DNA of 64,000 bases from Ostrea edulis (GCF_947568905.1 NC_079169.1:11098001-11162000); one strand, 5' to 3'. Counted from the first letter of the stretch, positions 1 to 13,095 are shown. Numbers and translations: made by a program. The notes: a model not told the origin generated them from the letters alone.

Positions 1-161
1 TTTATTTGAAGAGAGCAACAATCCGATTACAGCGATCATCAATTATTGCGCGCACTAATTCAGAATTGAAGATATTATGAATTATTCAAAGAGACCTTTA
101 ATTGAAATGTTGAGCACATCAAATTAATTAAATAGTTGAGTATATGTTAATTTGGCATTCC
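1..161. mobile_element. Right end of an AT-rich foldback/TIR element, same family as 19270-25518
   Basis: Ends in ttgagtatatgttaatttggcattccata, a degenerate match to the terminal repeat ttgagtttatgttaatttggcgctccata at 25492-25520. Preceded by the same gaagagagc/gcgcgc/aattgaagatat internal motifs. Confidence 0.6.
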
Positions 162-380
162 ATACAAACCACGGGTTATATTGTTTCCATTCTGTATCTG
201 AGCATAAGTCAACATTTGTATACAGTAACTGCACTATCTGTTATAATATTACCAATGAAGAAAATCAATGTATTTAAAAAAAAAAAATTAACATGAAGTT
301 TTGTTTGTAAACTCACTTACTTGTGAAAATTAAACTCATATTTGAAAATATTCATTAAAACCAATGTATAAACATTTCAG

Positions 381-535
381 AAACGGGGATGAATTGTTCG
401 CAGTCTTCAATGAAGGTTCCCGCCACGTCCCCACAACTACTCGGGTCTTTGACAACGGCTCACGTATCCTCCTCCCGAGTACCACTGAATGTTACGACAG
501 AGATGCCAAGAATCGAAACAAATTCTACTGTTAAG
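381..535 (+). CDS. Candidate upstream (stem-region) exon of the MGAT4-family gene
   Basis: tttcag acceptor at 380 (alternative at 403), open S/T/P-rich frame TGMNCSQSSMKVPATSPQLLGSLTTAHVSSSRVPLNVTTEMPRIETNSTVK, then AAG|gtacat donor in phase 0, matching the phase-0 start of exon 8936. The linkage is inferred, and intervening exons cannot be excluded. Confidence 0.5.
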
Positions 536-644
536 GTACATTTATACCAATGACCTAAGAGCCAGTCTGATCAAACAAGATAGCCACGCGTTGCATGTCC
601 CGTAAAAGCGTAAAAGTCCCATAACCCCTGTAAAATTTCTAGAA

Positions 645-830
645 TGATTGATTGATTGATGTTTTCCGCCACAATCAACAATTTTTCAGTGATATGGTGG
701 CGCACAGTTTTTGTTGGTGGAAGAGAGAACCCAGATACCATGTACCTTGGAAGAGACCACCGACCTTCCGAAAGTAAACTGGGAATTTCTAGAATGAAAT
801 CGCTGTGTGATATGATCAACTACATAATAT
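645..830 (-). mobile_element. Probable SINE 3' fragment with (CAAT)n tail
   Basis: (ATTG)n at 645-660 followed by a GC-richer body. It resembles the tail architecture of the SINE at 16556-16889. No head is visible. Confidence 0.35.
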
Positions 831-1400
831 GGTGACTAACATTTCAGCAAAATTTGAACAAAGTCCGTACAGCAGTGTCCGAGAAGTTACGTCCACAAAG
901 TCCAGTGTGACGGACGTGTCCTCTTCTGCGGCGGAGGGCAATAAAGACATTCATTGCTGGGTTATCAAACATTAACTATTTTACACACGTGTATACATTC
1001 TGCAAATAAGGCCTCTGCGACGATATGTTTTTTAAAAATTATTATTTAACAACTTGCGGATCCAGGGTCGAGCGCACGCCCACCAACAAATATGGGCCAT
1101 TTTTTAAATAAAAATATTCATAAAACCGTGAAATATATAGGTATTTCGTTAGAACCGATTAAATTCAGGGAGCTTTGTTCCCTTTGCCACCATCATGACT
1201 TCGTCCTGGACCCGCTGGGGGCTTACAGACAGTCCACAGACTCCAAACCTATCCACTCCGGTTCAGAAATTTCTTAATCCGTCACTGTTAATCACCTTAT
1301 ACTGTATCCACAGGAATCTGTTAAACATATCTTGGTGTAGCTGTAGTTTGTGTAGCAACTGAAAGATTGACTCTAGAACTTCATCATTGTGGTCTATTTA

Positions 1401-3231
1401 CCTTTAACTACACACACATGTATCATGCAGACCTTTAACTACCTACACATGTATCATGCAGACCTTTAACTACACACACATGTATCATACAGACCTTTAA
1501 CTACACACACATGTATCATGCAGACCTTTAACTACACACACATGTATCATGCAGACCTTTAACTACCTACACATGTATCATACAGACCTTTAACTACATA
1601 CACATGTATCATGCAGACCTTTAACTACCTACACATGTATCATGCAGACCTTTAACTACACACACATGTATCATGCAGACCTTTAACTACCTACACATGT
1701 ATCATGCAGACCTTTAACTACCTACACATGTATCATGCAGACCTTTAACTACATAAACATTTATCATACAGACCTTTAACTACACACACATGTATCATGC
1801 AGACCTTTAACTACATACACAGTTATCATGCAGACCTTTAACTACACACACAGTTATCATGCAGACCTTTAACTACACACACATGTATCATGCAGACCTT
1901 TAACTACATACACAGTTATCATGCAGACCTTTAACTACACACACATGTATCATACAGACCTTTAACTACATACACAGTTATCATACAGACCTTTAACTAC
2001 ATACACAGTTATCATACAGACCTTTAACTACCTACACATGTATCATGCAGACCTTTAACTACATACACAGTTATCATACAGACCTTTAACTACCTACACA
2101 TGTATCATGCAGACCTTTAACTACCTACACATGTATCATGCAGACCTTTAACTACATAAACAGTTATCATACAGACCTTTAACTACACACACATGTATCA
2201 TGCAGACCTTTAACTACATACACAGTTATCATGCAGACCTTTAACTACACACACAGTTATCATACAGACCTTTAACTACACACACATGTATCATGCAGAC
2301 CTTTAACTACATACACAGTTATCATGCAGACCTTTAACTACACACACATGTATCATACAGACCTTTAACTACATACACAGTTATCACACAGACCTTTAAC
2401 TACATACACAGTTATCATACAGACCTTTAACTACACACACATGTATCATGCAGACCTTTAACTACATACACAGTTATCATACAGACCTTTAACTACACAC
2501 ACATGTATCATGCAGACCTTTAACTACACACACATGTATCATGCAGACCTTTAACTACATATACATGTATCATGCAGACCTTTAACTACATACACAGTTA
2601 TCATACAGACCTTTAACTACACACACATGTATCATGCAGACCTTTAACTACACACACATGTATCATGCAGACCTTTAACTACCTACACATGTATCATTCA
2701 GACCTTTAACTACACACACACATGTATCATGCAGACCTTTAACTACCTACACATGTATCATGCAGACCTTTAACTACATACACAGTTATCATGCAGACCT
2801 TTAACTACACACACATGTATCATGCAGACCTTTAACTACATACACAGTTATCATGCAGACCTTTAACTACACACACATGTATCATGCAGACCTTTAACTA
2901 CACACACATGTATCATACAGACCTTTAACTACATACACAGTTATCATGCAGACCTTTAACTACACACACACATGTATCATGCAGACCTTTAACTACACAC
3001 ACAGTTATCATGCAGACCTTTAACTACACACACATGTATCATGCAGACCTTTAACTACATACACAGTTATCATACAGACCTTTAACTACACACACATGTA
3101 TCATGCAGACCTTTAACTACACACACATGTATCATACAGACCTTTAACTACATACACAGTTATCATGCAGACCTTTAACTACACACACATGTATCATGCA
3201 GACCTTTAACTACCTACACATGTATCATGCA
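1401..3231. repeat. Minisatellite, 31-bp unit cctttaactacacacacatgtatcatgcaga (~59 copies)
   Basis: Period read directly (ccttt at 1401, 1432, 1463, 1494). Variants include cctacac, catacacagtt and catac. Confidence 0.97.
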
Positions 3232-6200
3232 AATCATTTAGTGATATCCTAACCACAGCCCTGAATCACTAAATATTACTTCTAATGAAAACAGTATGGC
3301 TGACAGACAATAAAAAATAACGCCTGTTGATCATTCGTCTGATAGTTATATTGCCCTCAGCTGTATATTTGACGTGATAAAAGAACAATATTTTATACAA
3401 TTTCATCATAATGGAATGTTGCCTGACACCCAAAGTCAATAAAAGCGTGCAATTGAGGGTTTCAAAATAATAGTTTATCGACCATTCAAAATATATATGG
3501 TAACATGCCTTTATTAATGGTAAATATCTGTTGAACACTCACCTCAAATTGTTTCAAGTTAAGTATGACAGATTTTTTTTTACAGTAGGTCAAAGTATGG
3601 TATATTTTTCGAGATTTTTCTCACATGTAACCTTCGTTACTGAGTCCTTGACATGATAATATTTAAGATAAACATTAATTTTCCATGTATTATTCCATAA
3701 TTTGTATTAGAATTGACTGAGCATATATTTTTCTAATTTGTGAAAGACAATAAATACAGGTTTTCAAAGAAAATATTTAATCAACACAACAAGAAATTAT
3801 CTGCTGTAAAAGTCAGCAATAAGATTTTAAGAGCGCAAAATAAACGAATAGATATCACTTTCAATATCATTGAAATGGCAAAAAATAAAATTGATTAACA
3901 AATATTCTCGAACAGTTCAATATTTATGAAACATGAAAACAAAAGACTAGCAATAGATATAGAACGATAGCTTTTTTGTATGTAAATGAAGTAGCGCTAT
4001 AATTATGTAACGTATGTTTCAACACTTACACAACAGTACATCCATGAAAATATTGTGCCAAAACGATGCCACCATCAGTTATTCTTTACGATTGATGTTG
4101 CAAAATCATAACGACATCACTTAATTCAATGGAAATACCAATTTTAATAGAAATATAACGTAGACAAGCAAAAATTTTTACCAAATGTGTCTTTTCTTCT
4201 GAATTTGTTAATTTGCAATAAATGTGCGATTAAAACAAAAGTGATAGATTGATGTTTCGCTATTTAAATGCTCATGATTCTTATAGAAATAACAGACACA
4301 TGTTTTGAAACCTGGATTGCTCTTTGTTATAATAAACAATGAAAGCAACGTATGTTTCTTATTTTTCCTTTCATTACTATAAACACATCATTTCTATTCA
4401 AAAAATGGAAAGAATCATATGTACCCATTTCTAACAATCTGTTTACAATAATAATATAAAGAAAATGTTTAATTTCCCAACATTTTAATTAAATGTATAC
4501 CGAATCTTATGTTTTTATTGCTTATTTTGGAATACCTTTCCATAGAAACTGTCAGTATAATCCACCACGCGGTGTTCTGAATGAATATTTAACGATGTCC
4601 CCTATTAATTTTGAGGTCAAAAGGACAACGGTTAAACTACTCTGGACATACGCTATTGTCCGTTGAGAAATCTTTCCTTGATAGACATCAAACTTGAAAC
4701 ACTGGTGCCCCTTATGAATAGATGACCCCCATTGGATTCCAAGTCACAAGGTCAAAGGTCATACAAAATTACTCAAATGACCAGTTGCTTATAAGTATTT
4801 TGAGAGACAAAACTTACATGTATCATTATGGTAGCCTTTGACCGGTAGTTAAACCTTTATTTTCACTGTCTATACAGACATTCTACCTTTTCAGTATTGC
4901 CACAAGGGGAGCATATAATATTATTTCTAAAACATTTTTTCGTGGTTGTTCTTATGTTTTAATACATTTTTTTTCATGGTAGTTATTCTGTACTTTTACT
5001 CTCACAAGCGCCATTTCTGAAAAAAATAAATAAAAAATTAAAAACAAGTAGAATAATATTACGTAACGGAATTTGTGGTAACATATGTTAAACTCAGATA
5101 AAATATTTTTGATTGATTTCTCTATAAGATTGCATAGAACAATCATCAGAGATTAGTCCCTTCATTTCTAAGATATATTATGAAAAGATGCTGAATTCTA
5201 GCAAATTGATAAATGTAGAGTTGCATAGTTACATGTATCATAAATAGGACAGTAGCAGAGAAAAACATGGCCTGTATTTCTTGCAGAGGATATCTGTATA
5301 TGCTAGTGAATACGGGAACAATAACACATTTGTTTCTTCATAACATAGTTGATATTCAACAAACATATCATTAATGATGATATTTTGTCAATATGTAGTT
5401 CAATATTTGATGTCGAATCAAGCATTTCATTAAGTAGCGTACGTTACTTTGAGTAACGTATGTTACCAGCATTCTACTCAATGTAATTCTTACACCAGAA
5501 GAATTTCGAGATATTTGGAATACGATATACATTCTTTGATATCAGAAGAACAAATTCAGACCAAAACATTTCATCTGCTTAATCAATATTGTATATCAAA
5601 CATTGCAGTTGTTGTAACAGTACTTACCGTAAGAGAAAATTAATCCTAATTCTCAAAGTTTAACACGTATTGACTTTCAAACTCAAATGTTCATAGTAGA
5701 CGTTCATGTCGTATACCACATCATGCAGAGAGAGAGAGCAAAAATACGCTGGAAATTGTTCTATCATTCCCTTTAATTAATTTCTCGGTAACGAATGTTA
5801 CATCACGAATGTTACATCTTGACACGTTTGTCAAATTTCAGACCAACCAATGACTTCTGCAAAAGAAATGTTTATATTTTCATTCTCTGTACACTACGAG
5901 ATTTTCATAAAAGGGGTAACATTTGCTCTGCAAATACGTTTTCATAAAAAAATTTAGTGTATCGTATGTTACATTTCTAAAATCAGAATTCGAAATTTTG
6001 AGAATATGATGACTTCTTCTCAATGCCACATCCAAATATCGCTTGATGAATATTTTCACACAGTTTTTGAATATTTTAGCGCCAAAATAGATCAAAAACA
6101 TAAAGATAATACGAAATCTTTGTCCATACATTGGGTGTTTAATTGACCCTATGATCACATAATATAATCTGGCGACATGGAGTAATATATACACCACTGC

Positions 6201-6749
6201 TTAAAATCATACGCAAAAGTTGTTAAACTTTTATTGAATGAAAATTTAGGAAATACAAATGATATTAACGCAAAGAAAATTTAAAAACACGCTCTCAGAT
6301 TTTTATATTTGCTTGTTCAATTTTAAAAATTGAGTCGGCGACAGTCACGTACGTTACAAAATTGGGGTATCTACGCTTCCTACCAAGTTTATAAGTAAAG
6401 GGGAAATAAAAAGTATACCATGCCTAGGGAGGCTATGGGTCCATGAATGTATAGCACACAAAATATATGATTTGGTATAGCTTATTTTCTAATAAAGTGC
6501 CGGCGACATCGATTGCACGCTTTTATTGACTTTGAGTGCTGATATGCCAGGGTCCAATCTACAATGATCTTTTTATCAAAAGTGAAGGTTATAAAGCTTT
6601 AATAAAGTTATTCTCATACTCAAATGGAGTACATGCTCAAGATTTTTCGAGTATGCGTGGAGCTTGCTCGGAGTTATACTCAAAACGAAAAAGGCTGAGT
6701 TTGAGTATGAGTACCGTAAAAGTTTTAAAACCTCCAGACCAAAATATTT

Positions 6750-8670
6750 CCGGCATCATGTTCTGTTGGTGTTAATATTACCGGTATCATGTTCTGTGAG
6801 TGTTAACATTACCGGTATCATGTTTTGTGAGTGTTGAGATCCCTGTGTAATGTTCTGTGAGTGTTAATATTACCGGTATCATGTTCTGTGAGTGTTAATA
6901 TTACCGGTATCATGGTCTGTGAGTGTTAATATTACCGGTATCATGTTATGTGAGTATTAATATTACCGGTATCATGTTCTGTGAGTATTAATATTACCGG
7001 TATCATGATCTGTGAGTGTTAACATTACCGGTATCATGTTCTGTGAGTGTTAATATTACCGATATCATGTTCTGTGAGTATTAATATTACCGGTATCATG
7101 ATCTGTGAGTGTTAACATTACCGATATCATGTTCTGTGAGTGTTAATATTACCGGTATCATGTTCTGTGAGTGTTAACATTACCGGTATCATGTTCTGTG
7201 AGTGTTAACATTACCGGTATCATGTTTTGTGAGTGTTGAGATCCCTGTGTAATGTTCTGTGAGTGTTAATATTACCGGTATCATGTTCTGTGAGTGTTAA
7301 TATTACCGGTATCATGGTCTGTGAGTGTTAATATTACCGGTATCATGTTCTGTGAGTGTTAACATTACCGGTATCATGGTCTGTGAGTGTTAACATTACC
7401 GGTATCATGGTCTGTGAGTGTTAATATTACCGGTATCATGTTCTGTGAGTGTTGAGATCCCTGTGTCATGGTCTGTGAGTGTTAATATTACCGGTATCAT
7501 GTTCTGTGAGTGTTAACATTACCGGTATCATGTTATGTGAGTATTAATATTACCGGTATCATGATCTGTGAGTGTTAATATTACCGGTATCATGTTCTGT
7601 GAGTGTTAATATTACCGGTATCATGTTCTGTGAGTGTTAATATTACCGGTATCATGTTCTGTGAGTGTTAATATTACCGGTATCATGTTCTGTGAGTATT
7701 AACATTACCGGTATCATGTTCTGTGAGTGTTAATATTACCGGTATCATGTTCTGTGAGTGTTAATATTACCGGTATCATGTTCTGTGAGTGTTAATATTA
7801 CCGATATCATGTTCTGTGAGTATTAATATTACCGGTATCATGATCTGTGAGTGTTAACATTACCGATATCATGTTCTGTGAGTGTTAATATTACCGGTAT
7901 CATGTTCTGTGAGTGTTAACATTACCGGTATCATGGTCTGTGAGTGTTAACATTACCGGTATCATGGTCTGTGAGTGTTAATATTACCGGTATCATGTTC
8001 TGTGAGTGTTGAGATCCCTGTGTCATGGTCTGTGAGTGTTAATATTACCGGTATCATGTTCTGTGAGTGTTAACATTACCGGTATCATGTTATGTGAGTA
8101 TTAATATTACCGGTATCATGTTCTGTGAGTGTTAATATTACCGGTATCATGTTTTGTGAGTGTTAATATTACCGGTATCATGTTCTGTGAGTGTTAATAT
8201 TACCGGTATCATGTTCTGTGAGTGTTAATATTACCGGTATCATGTTATGTGAGTATTAACATTACCGGTATCATGTTCTGTGAGTGTTAATATTACCGGT
8301 ATCATGTTCTGTGAGTGTTAATATTACCGGTATCATGTTCTGTGAGTGTTAATATTACCGGTATCATGTTCTGTGAGTGTTAATATTACCGGTATCATGT
8401 TATGTGAGTATTAACATTACCGGTATCATGTTCTGTGAGTGTTAATATTACCGGTATCATGTTCTGTGAGTGTTAATATTACCGGTATCATGATCTGTGA
8501 GTGTTGACATTATCGGTATCATGTTCTGTGAGTATTAACATTACCGGTATCATGTTCTGTGAGTGTTAACATTACCGGTATCATGTTCTGTGAGTGTTAA
8601 TATTACCGGTATCATGTTATGTGAGTATTAACATTACCGGTATCATGTTCTGTGAGTGTTAAGATCCCTG
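6750..8670. repeat. Minisatellite, 31-bp unit accggtatcatgttctgtgagtgttaatatt (~60 copies)
   Basis: Period 31 (ccggt at 6781, 6812). A recurrent interrupting variant gagatccctgtg occurs at ~6836, 7238, 7454, 8012 and at the array end. Confidence 0.97.
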
Positions 8671-8935
8671 TAGGCTTCCTACTATTCTGTACTACATATT
8701 AAAGCATGCACGAGACCATATGAATCAAATTCTTCGTCATAGACGTAATTTAAACAGTGCGTGAAAATGCAACAAAGTGTTGTTTCGATCACCATTTCCG
8801 TAAATGTTTTGAATCAGAAATTTGTGGTCGTGAGTGACTTTGTAAACACACTCTGTCGCACGTTGCGTCCATTGCGTTTCTGCTATTACACTGAAGCTTG
8901 TCCATCCATGTAATCACACCTACTATCAATTTCAG

Positions 8936-9050
8936 GAGGAAACAGGTTTACCACCGATGTTGCTAGAGGGTCCAGAAAAATTCACCCCCATGAACAAACC
9001 AGAATGGTCAGAAAATACTCTGCTCTTTGGACACACAAAGGATTCAATTG
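8936..9050 (+). CDS. Internal exon of the MGAT4-family gene
   Basis: tttcag| acceptor, 115 nt encoding EETGLPPMLLEGPEKFTPMNKPEWSENTLLFGHTKDSI, and G|gtatat donor in phase 1. It joins GT-TAT-TTA (G-Y-L-T-I-G-I-P) at 10953 in frame. Confidence 0.8.
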
Positions 9051-9134
9051 GTATATTGACAAACTATATGTGCAGCATCACGAAACTATATACACAGGTG
9101 TAGACGCGTGTTCGCAATGTATCTTTTGGTACCT

Positions 9135-9838
9135 AAATGTATGTATGCATGTGTGTATCTTTGTGTATGTATGTTTGTGTATGTATGTTTTCGTATGTAT
9201 GCGTGTGTATATATATTTGTGTGTGCACGTGTATGTTTGTTTTTGTATGCACGTGTATGTGTGTTTGTGTATGCACGTGTATGTATGTTTACATATGCAC
9301 GTGTATGTGTGTTTGTGTATGAATGTGTATGCATGTTTACATATGCACGTGTATGTATGTTTGTGTATGCACGTGTATGTATGCTTGTGTATGCACGTGT
9401 ATGTATGCTTGTGTGTGTATGTTTGTGTATGTATGTTTGTGTATGCACATATATGTATGTTTCTGTATGTATGTTTGTGCATGTATGTGTATGCACGTGT
9501 ATGTATGTATGTGTTTGCACGTGTATGTGTGTTTAAGTATGTACGTGTATGTGTGTTTAAGTATGCACGTGTATATATGTTTATGTATGTATGTTTGTGT
9601 ATGCATGTTTGTGTGTGTATGTTTGTGTGTGCACGTGTATGTGTGTTTGTGTATGCATGTTTGTGTATACACGTGTATGTATGTTTATGTATGCACGTGT
9701 ATGTATGTATGTTTGTGTATGACGTGTATATATGCTTGTGTATGCCCGTGTATCACAGTATATAATTTGTGTATACACGTGTATGTATGTTTGTGTATAC
9801 ACATGTTTGTATATTTGTGTATGCACGTGTATGTGTGA
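9135..9838. repeat. Compound (TG/TA)n microsatellite
   Basis: Alternating purine-pyrimidine tract (gtatgt, gtgtat, gcacgt). It explains all the V/C/Y/M and H/T/Y/I ORFs in the track here. Confidence 0.95.
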
Positions 9839-9844
9839 AAGTAA

Positions 9845-10120
9845 GGCTTTTGGTATGTTGTTTTACGTCCCATTCGAAAATTGTTCTCTCCTATAGAGAC
9901 GCCATCAGCTTTGTGTGAAGTGCCACAAATTTAGACCTATGCTTGGCACTGTTCTTTATCGTACCAACGCCTTGCCGTAACACGGCTATTTAAGAAAGTT
10001 CCGTTATTTTCGTTTCTAATGCTGGGTAAAGGAATACTCACTAATTGAAATATTAAATGAGAATCGAACCCAGGACCCCATGGTTACAATAAGGGAGTCC
10101 TAACCGCTAGGCTACCGCGA
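9845..10120 (-). mobile_element. Degenerate tRNA-derived SINE, same family as 16556-16889
   Basis: The reverse strand has tcgcggtagcctagcgg (A box) and gggttcgattc (B box). Body tgccacaaatttagacctatgc is the reverse complement of gcataggtctaaatt...gtggta in the 16556 copy. Confidence 0.7.
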
Positions 10121-10494
10121 ACACTGTGTTTTTCATGTCTGTCTGTAAGCCATTCTATAGGCAAATGATTTTAACCAAAGGGCTTTTAACTTTGACGGTT
10201 TAGTTACCTTTGACTTTCAGTTTTTTGGATCAAAACTTCTCCTGCATATGTCTAGGGAACTACTCGACCACTATCAACAAAACCTGACAAAAGGCATCAT
10301 ATTTTGGGACACAGCTCCTTAGGGGGAGATAATTCAAAAAACTAGTTGCGTATTTTAAAATACACAAAGTCAATTGCAATCCAGAATCGACCTGCATCTT
10401 TTTCCTTTCGACAAACCGTCTTATTCGATTTTACGTGTACATGATTTATATAAATTGTATGTACAATATATAGCCATTTTAAGCTTCGTTATAT

Positions 10495-10917
10495 TTTAAC
10501 TCGCTGGGAGGAATTGTCATGACAGTGACGTCACACTTTAGGGAAAAACTTAAATCTTGGCTATATCTTTTGAGCTAAGGGCCATAAGCTTTGATATTTC
10601 ACATATAGATTCCGCAGAACCAGGCCTTTTTGATACCAAGAATATTGACCAAGTGACCTTGAACATTGACCTACTTTTCTAAAACTTGAACATTTGCTAT
10701 ATCTATTGAACCAAAAAGACAGGGCTTTAATATTTCAAATATAGATGAATCATGACCAGTCCATTTATCTGGTACCAATACTTTTGACATAGTGACCTTG
10801 GACTTTGACATAATTTTCCAAAACTTTAACCTTTGCTCTATCTTTTGAACCAAGGAGGATAGGGTACTTAGAGACACGCTTCCCGGCGAGATATGTTGTC
10901 TTCTGACAACCCTTGTT
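10495..10917 (+). mobile_element. Helentron-type non-autonomous element (HINE)
   Basis: Subterminal inverted repeats ctcgctgggag / ttcccggcgag, 3' hairpin gttgtc-ttct-gacaac, cttgtt end, and internal tgaccttg-type repeats. It ends 35 nt before the MGAT4 acceptor. Confidence 0.7.
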
Positions 10918-10952
10918 TAAAATAGCTGTGAAACCACGTCTCTGTATTTCAG

Positions 10953-12109
10953 GTTATTTAACTATTGGCATACCAGTGGTAAAAAGAAAACTAGAAGGCA
11001 AACTATATGTCTACACAACAATAGAGTCCATCATTAAGGCGACAACAGACAGAGATAAAGAAAATATCACGCTCGTTGTTTTTTTATCGGATTTTAATAA
11101 AACATGGAACCTGGATTCAAGTCGGCAACTTAAAGAGAAGTTTTCGAGGTATATAGATATGGGTTTTCTACAAGTGATTCATAGTCCATTGAATATTTAT
11201 CCAGAACTGGGCGAAAGTGTGAATTTCGACGAGGATTCCAAAACCAGGAGAATTTGGCGATCAAAACAGAACATAGATTTTGCGTATTTACAGTGGTACA
11301 GCAAAGGACTCTCGCAATATTATCTACAGCTTGAAGACGACGTGATCGCAGCCCAGAATTTCTACACAGACATCAAAGCTTTCATAAATAAACATTTTCA
11401 AATTCGCTGGGTAACTTTGGAGTTTTCTCGACTGGGATCCATTGGAAAATTATTCCGCGCCGAGACTTTGCCACGTTTTGCTACATACCTATTGACCATG
11501 TTCAACGTGTTACCTGGTGATCTACTGCTGTCAACTTTCAGAGGTCTTCACCAACAAGTATCGTCTATACAAAACCCCAAAGGTCTCTTTCAACATATTG
11601 GGAAAATCTCATCTATGAAAGGGAAACTTACGCCCTTGACGGATTTTACATTTCAAGATTCGTTTAACTTCACCTTGTTTGATGTCCATGGGGAGAACCC
11701 TCCCGCAAAAATTTTCACCAATATGGCAGCTGCGCCGGGGTCTTTGCCAGAACACGCATACCACGAAATAGAAAAGAATTCATTTTTTGTTGTTGAAAAT
11801 ATGAGAGCTCAGACTTACTACAAATTAGTGTATTCTGCGCCTATTAACATTAGCAGGATTATAGTTTCAACTGGAAATCCCGTTCTAAGAACAGGCATCA
11901 TGAAATGGGGCATTGTTAGGGTAGGGCTAGGTACCGGAGGGGAGGAATGTGAGCCCACTCATTTCGTGGGCAGGCTGTTCGAAGGCGAGTTCGATTCAGA
12001 AATTCAGGAATACACAATTCCCTCAAATGTGATATGCATTTCTCTCGGGTCATCACGGAGCGAACCAAAACCAGTGATTATACGTAAAATACGAGTGACA
12101 CTTTCATAG
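10953..12109 (+). CDS. MGAT4C: Catalytic plus C-terminal exon of alpha-1,3-mannosyl-glycoprotein 4-beta-N-acetylglucosaminyltransferase (MGAT4 family, C-like)
   Basis: Motifs YLTIGIP, VVFLSD, WRSKQNIDFAYL, YYLQLEDDV, LEFSRLGSIGKLF and LFQHIG..SS are typical of GT54/MGAT4. Acceptor tatttcag at 10952, stop TAG at 12107-12109. The paralogue assignment (C) is tentative. Confidence 0.9.
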
Positions 12110-12249
12110 AGCGCGTAGTTTGATTTCGCACATACTCTTGCGCATGTGGTGAATGTAAAGTAGAAGAATGCAGTTTCGTTCTCCTCTGCTGAACAAACTG
12201 AAGTACTAACAAATGAACATCTACTAAACTTACAAGCCTACACACCGTA

Positions 12250-12384
12250 TTGCTTATAGGAGTTATGGGATTGATCACTGTTCGTTACCTTCACCTTTAT
12301 AGGAGTTATGGGATTGATCACTGTTCGTTACCTTCACCTTTATAGGAGTTATGGGATTGATCACTGTTCGTTACCTTCACCTTT
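12250..12384 (+). mobile_element. Retroposon 3'-tail fragment with its terminal 43 nt triplicated
   Basis: Three copies of ttataggagttatgggattgatcactgttcgttaccttcacct flanked by direct repeat cacaccgta (12241-12249 / 12385-12393). The same sequence occurs reversed at 25143-25200. Confidence 0.65.
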
Positions 12385-12725
12385 CACACCGTACTTTCTG
12401 TGATTTCATATGTATAACGATTTAAACACAATTCATCCCACCACATATTTATTCTATTTATTTATTTTGAAAAACTAATTTCTTAAAGAGCTCCATGATC
12501 CACTTGTGTCGGTCATTTTCATATCGGAAGAACCTGTGCTTCAATACATTTCTTTTTTATCTGACGCTTGTATATGTAGTAGACTTTTATCCGGGCCCAG
12601 GTCTATCGTCCTTAAGTCGAACTGTGGCTGATGATATGGAACTCGTTCCTTATCACACAGATTACAACCACGCACTCTCATTCGAACACAGACTTATTCT
12701 CAAGGTACGCTGTGACTCATACATG

Positions 12726-13095
12726 TGTAACAGGACGGGAGAAAATGTAACGAACCAGACCGGGATTCGAACCCGGGGCCCTGAACTTCAGTCAGGTGCT
12801 CTACCAACTGAGCTACCGGTATGTGGCCACCGGCGATCGAACCCGGCTGACCGCTACATTCCTCCATCCTTAAATTGTCGTCGTCCTTGAAGACAAACAA
12901 CCCAGATTCTTTTGCCCTTGGCAGGACTTTCACCTGCAAGTCCAAGGGTGTTTAGCGGCACCAAGTGTATCGGGAAGGGAGAAAATGCAATGGATCAGAC
13001 GCCGAATTCGAACCCGGGTCCCCTGAATCTCTAGTCGGGTGCTCCACTAACTGAGCTAACTGGCCACCGGCGATCGAATACGGCTGACCGCTACA
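12726..13095 (-). mobile_element. Miniature LTR retroelement (TRIM) with tRNA-like LTRs (Helenus-type)
   Basis: LTRs 12966-13095 and 12726-12858 with TG..CA ends, each containing A box (TAGCTCAG) and B box (GGTTCGAA). PBS TGGTGCCG lies just after the 5' LTR and PPT AAGGATGGAGGAA just before the 3' LTR. Perfect 4-bp TSD CATG (12722-12725 / 13096-13099). Confidence 0.85.

Noticed and set aside
6536-6775. ORF upstream of the second array as an MGAT4 exon
   Set aside because: No convincing splice pair in compatible phase and no family similarity.
9004-9873. Long V/C/Y/M- and H/T/Y/I-rich ORFs
   Set aside because: These are translations of a (TG/TA)n microsatellite that happens to lack stops.
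12601-12705. Exon-like segment (GLSSLSRTVADDMELVPYHTDYNHALSFEHRLILK, AAG|gt)
   Set aside because: The acceptor is weak, the peptide is unrecognisable, and no partner exons were found. It cannot be supported without RNA data.
12745-12815. tRNA-Phe(GAA) gene
   Set aside because: The acceptor stem does not pair properly and the sequence is part of an LTR with PBS, PPT and TSD. The same applies to the tRNA-like units at 12990-13060, 46030-46100 and 46270-46340, and to the SINE head at 16565.
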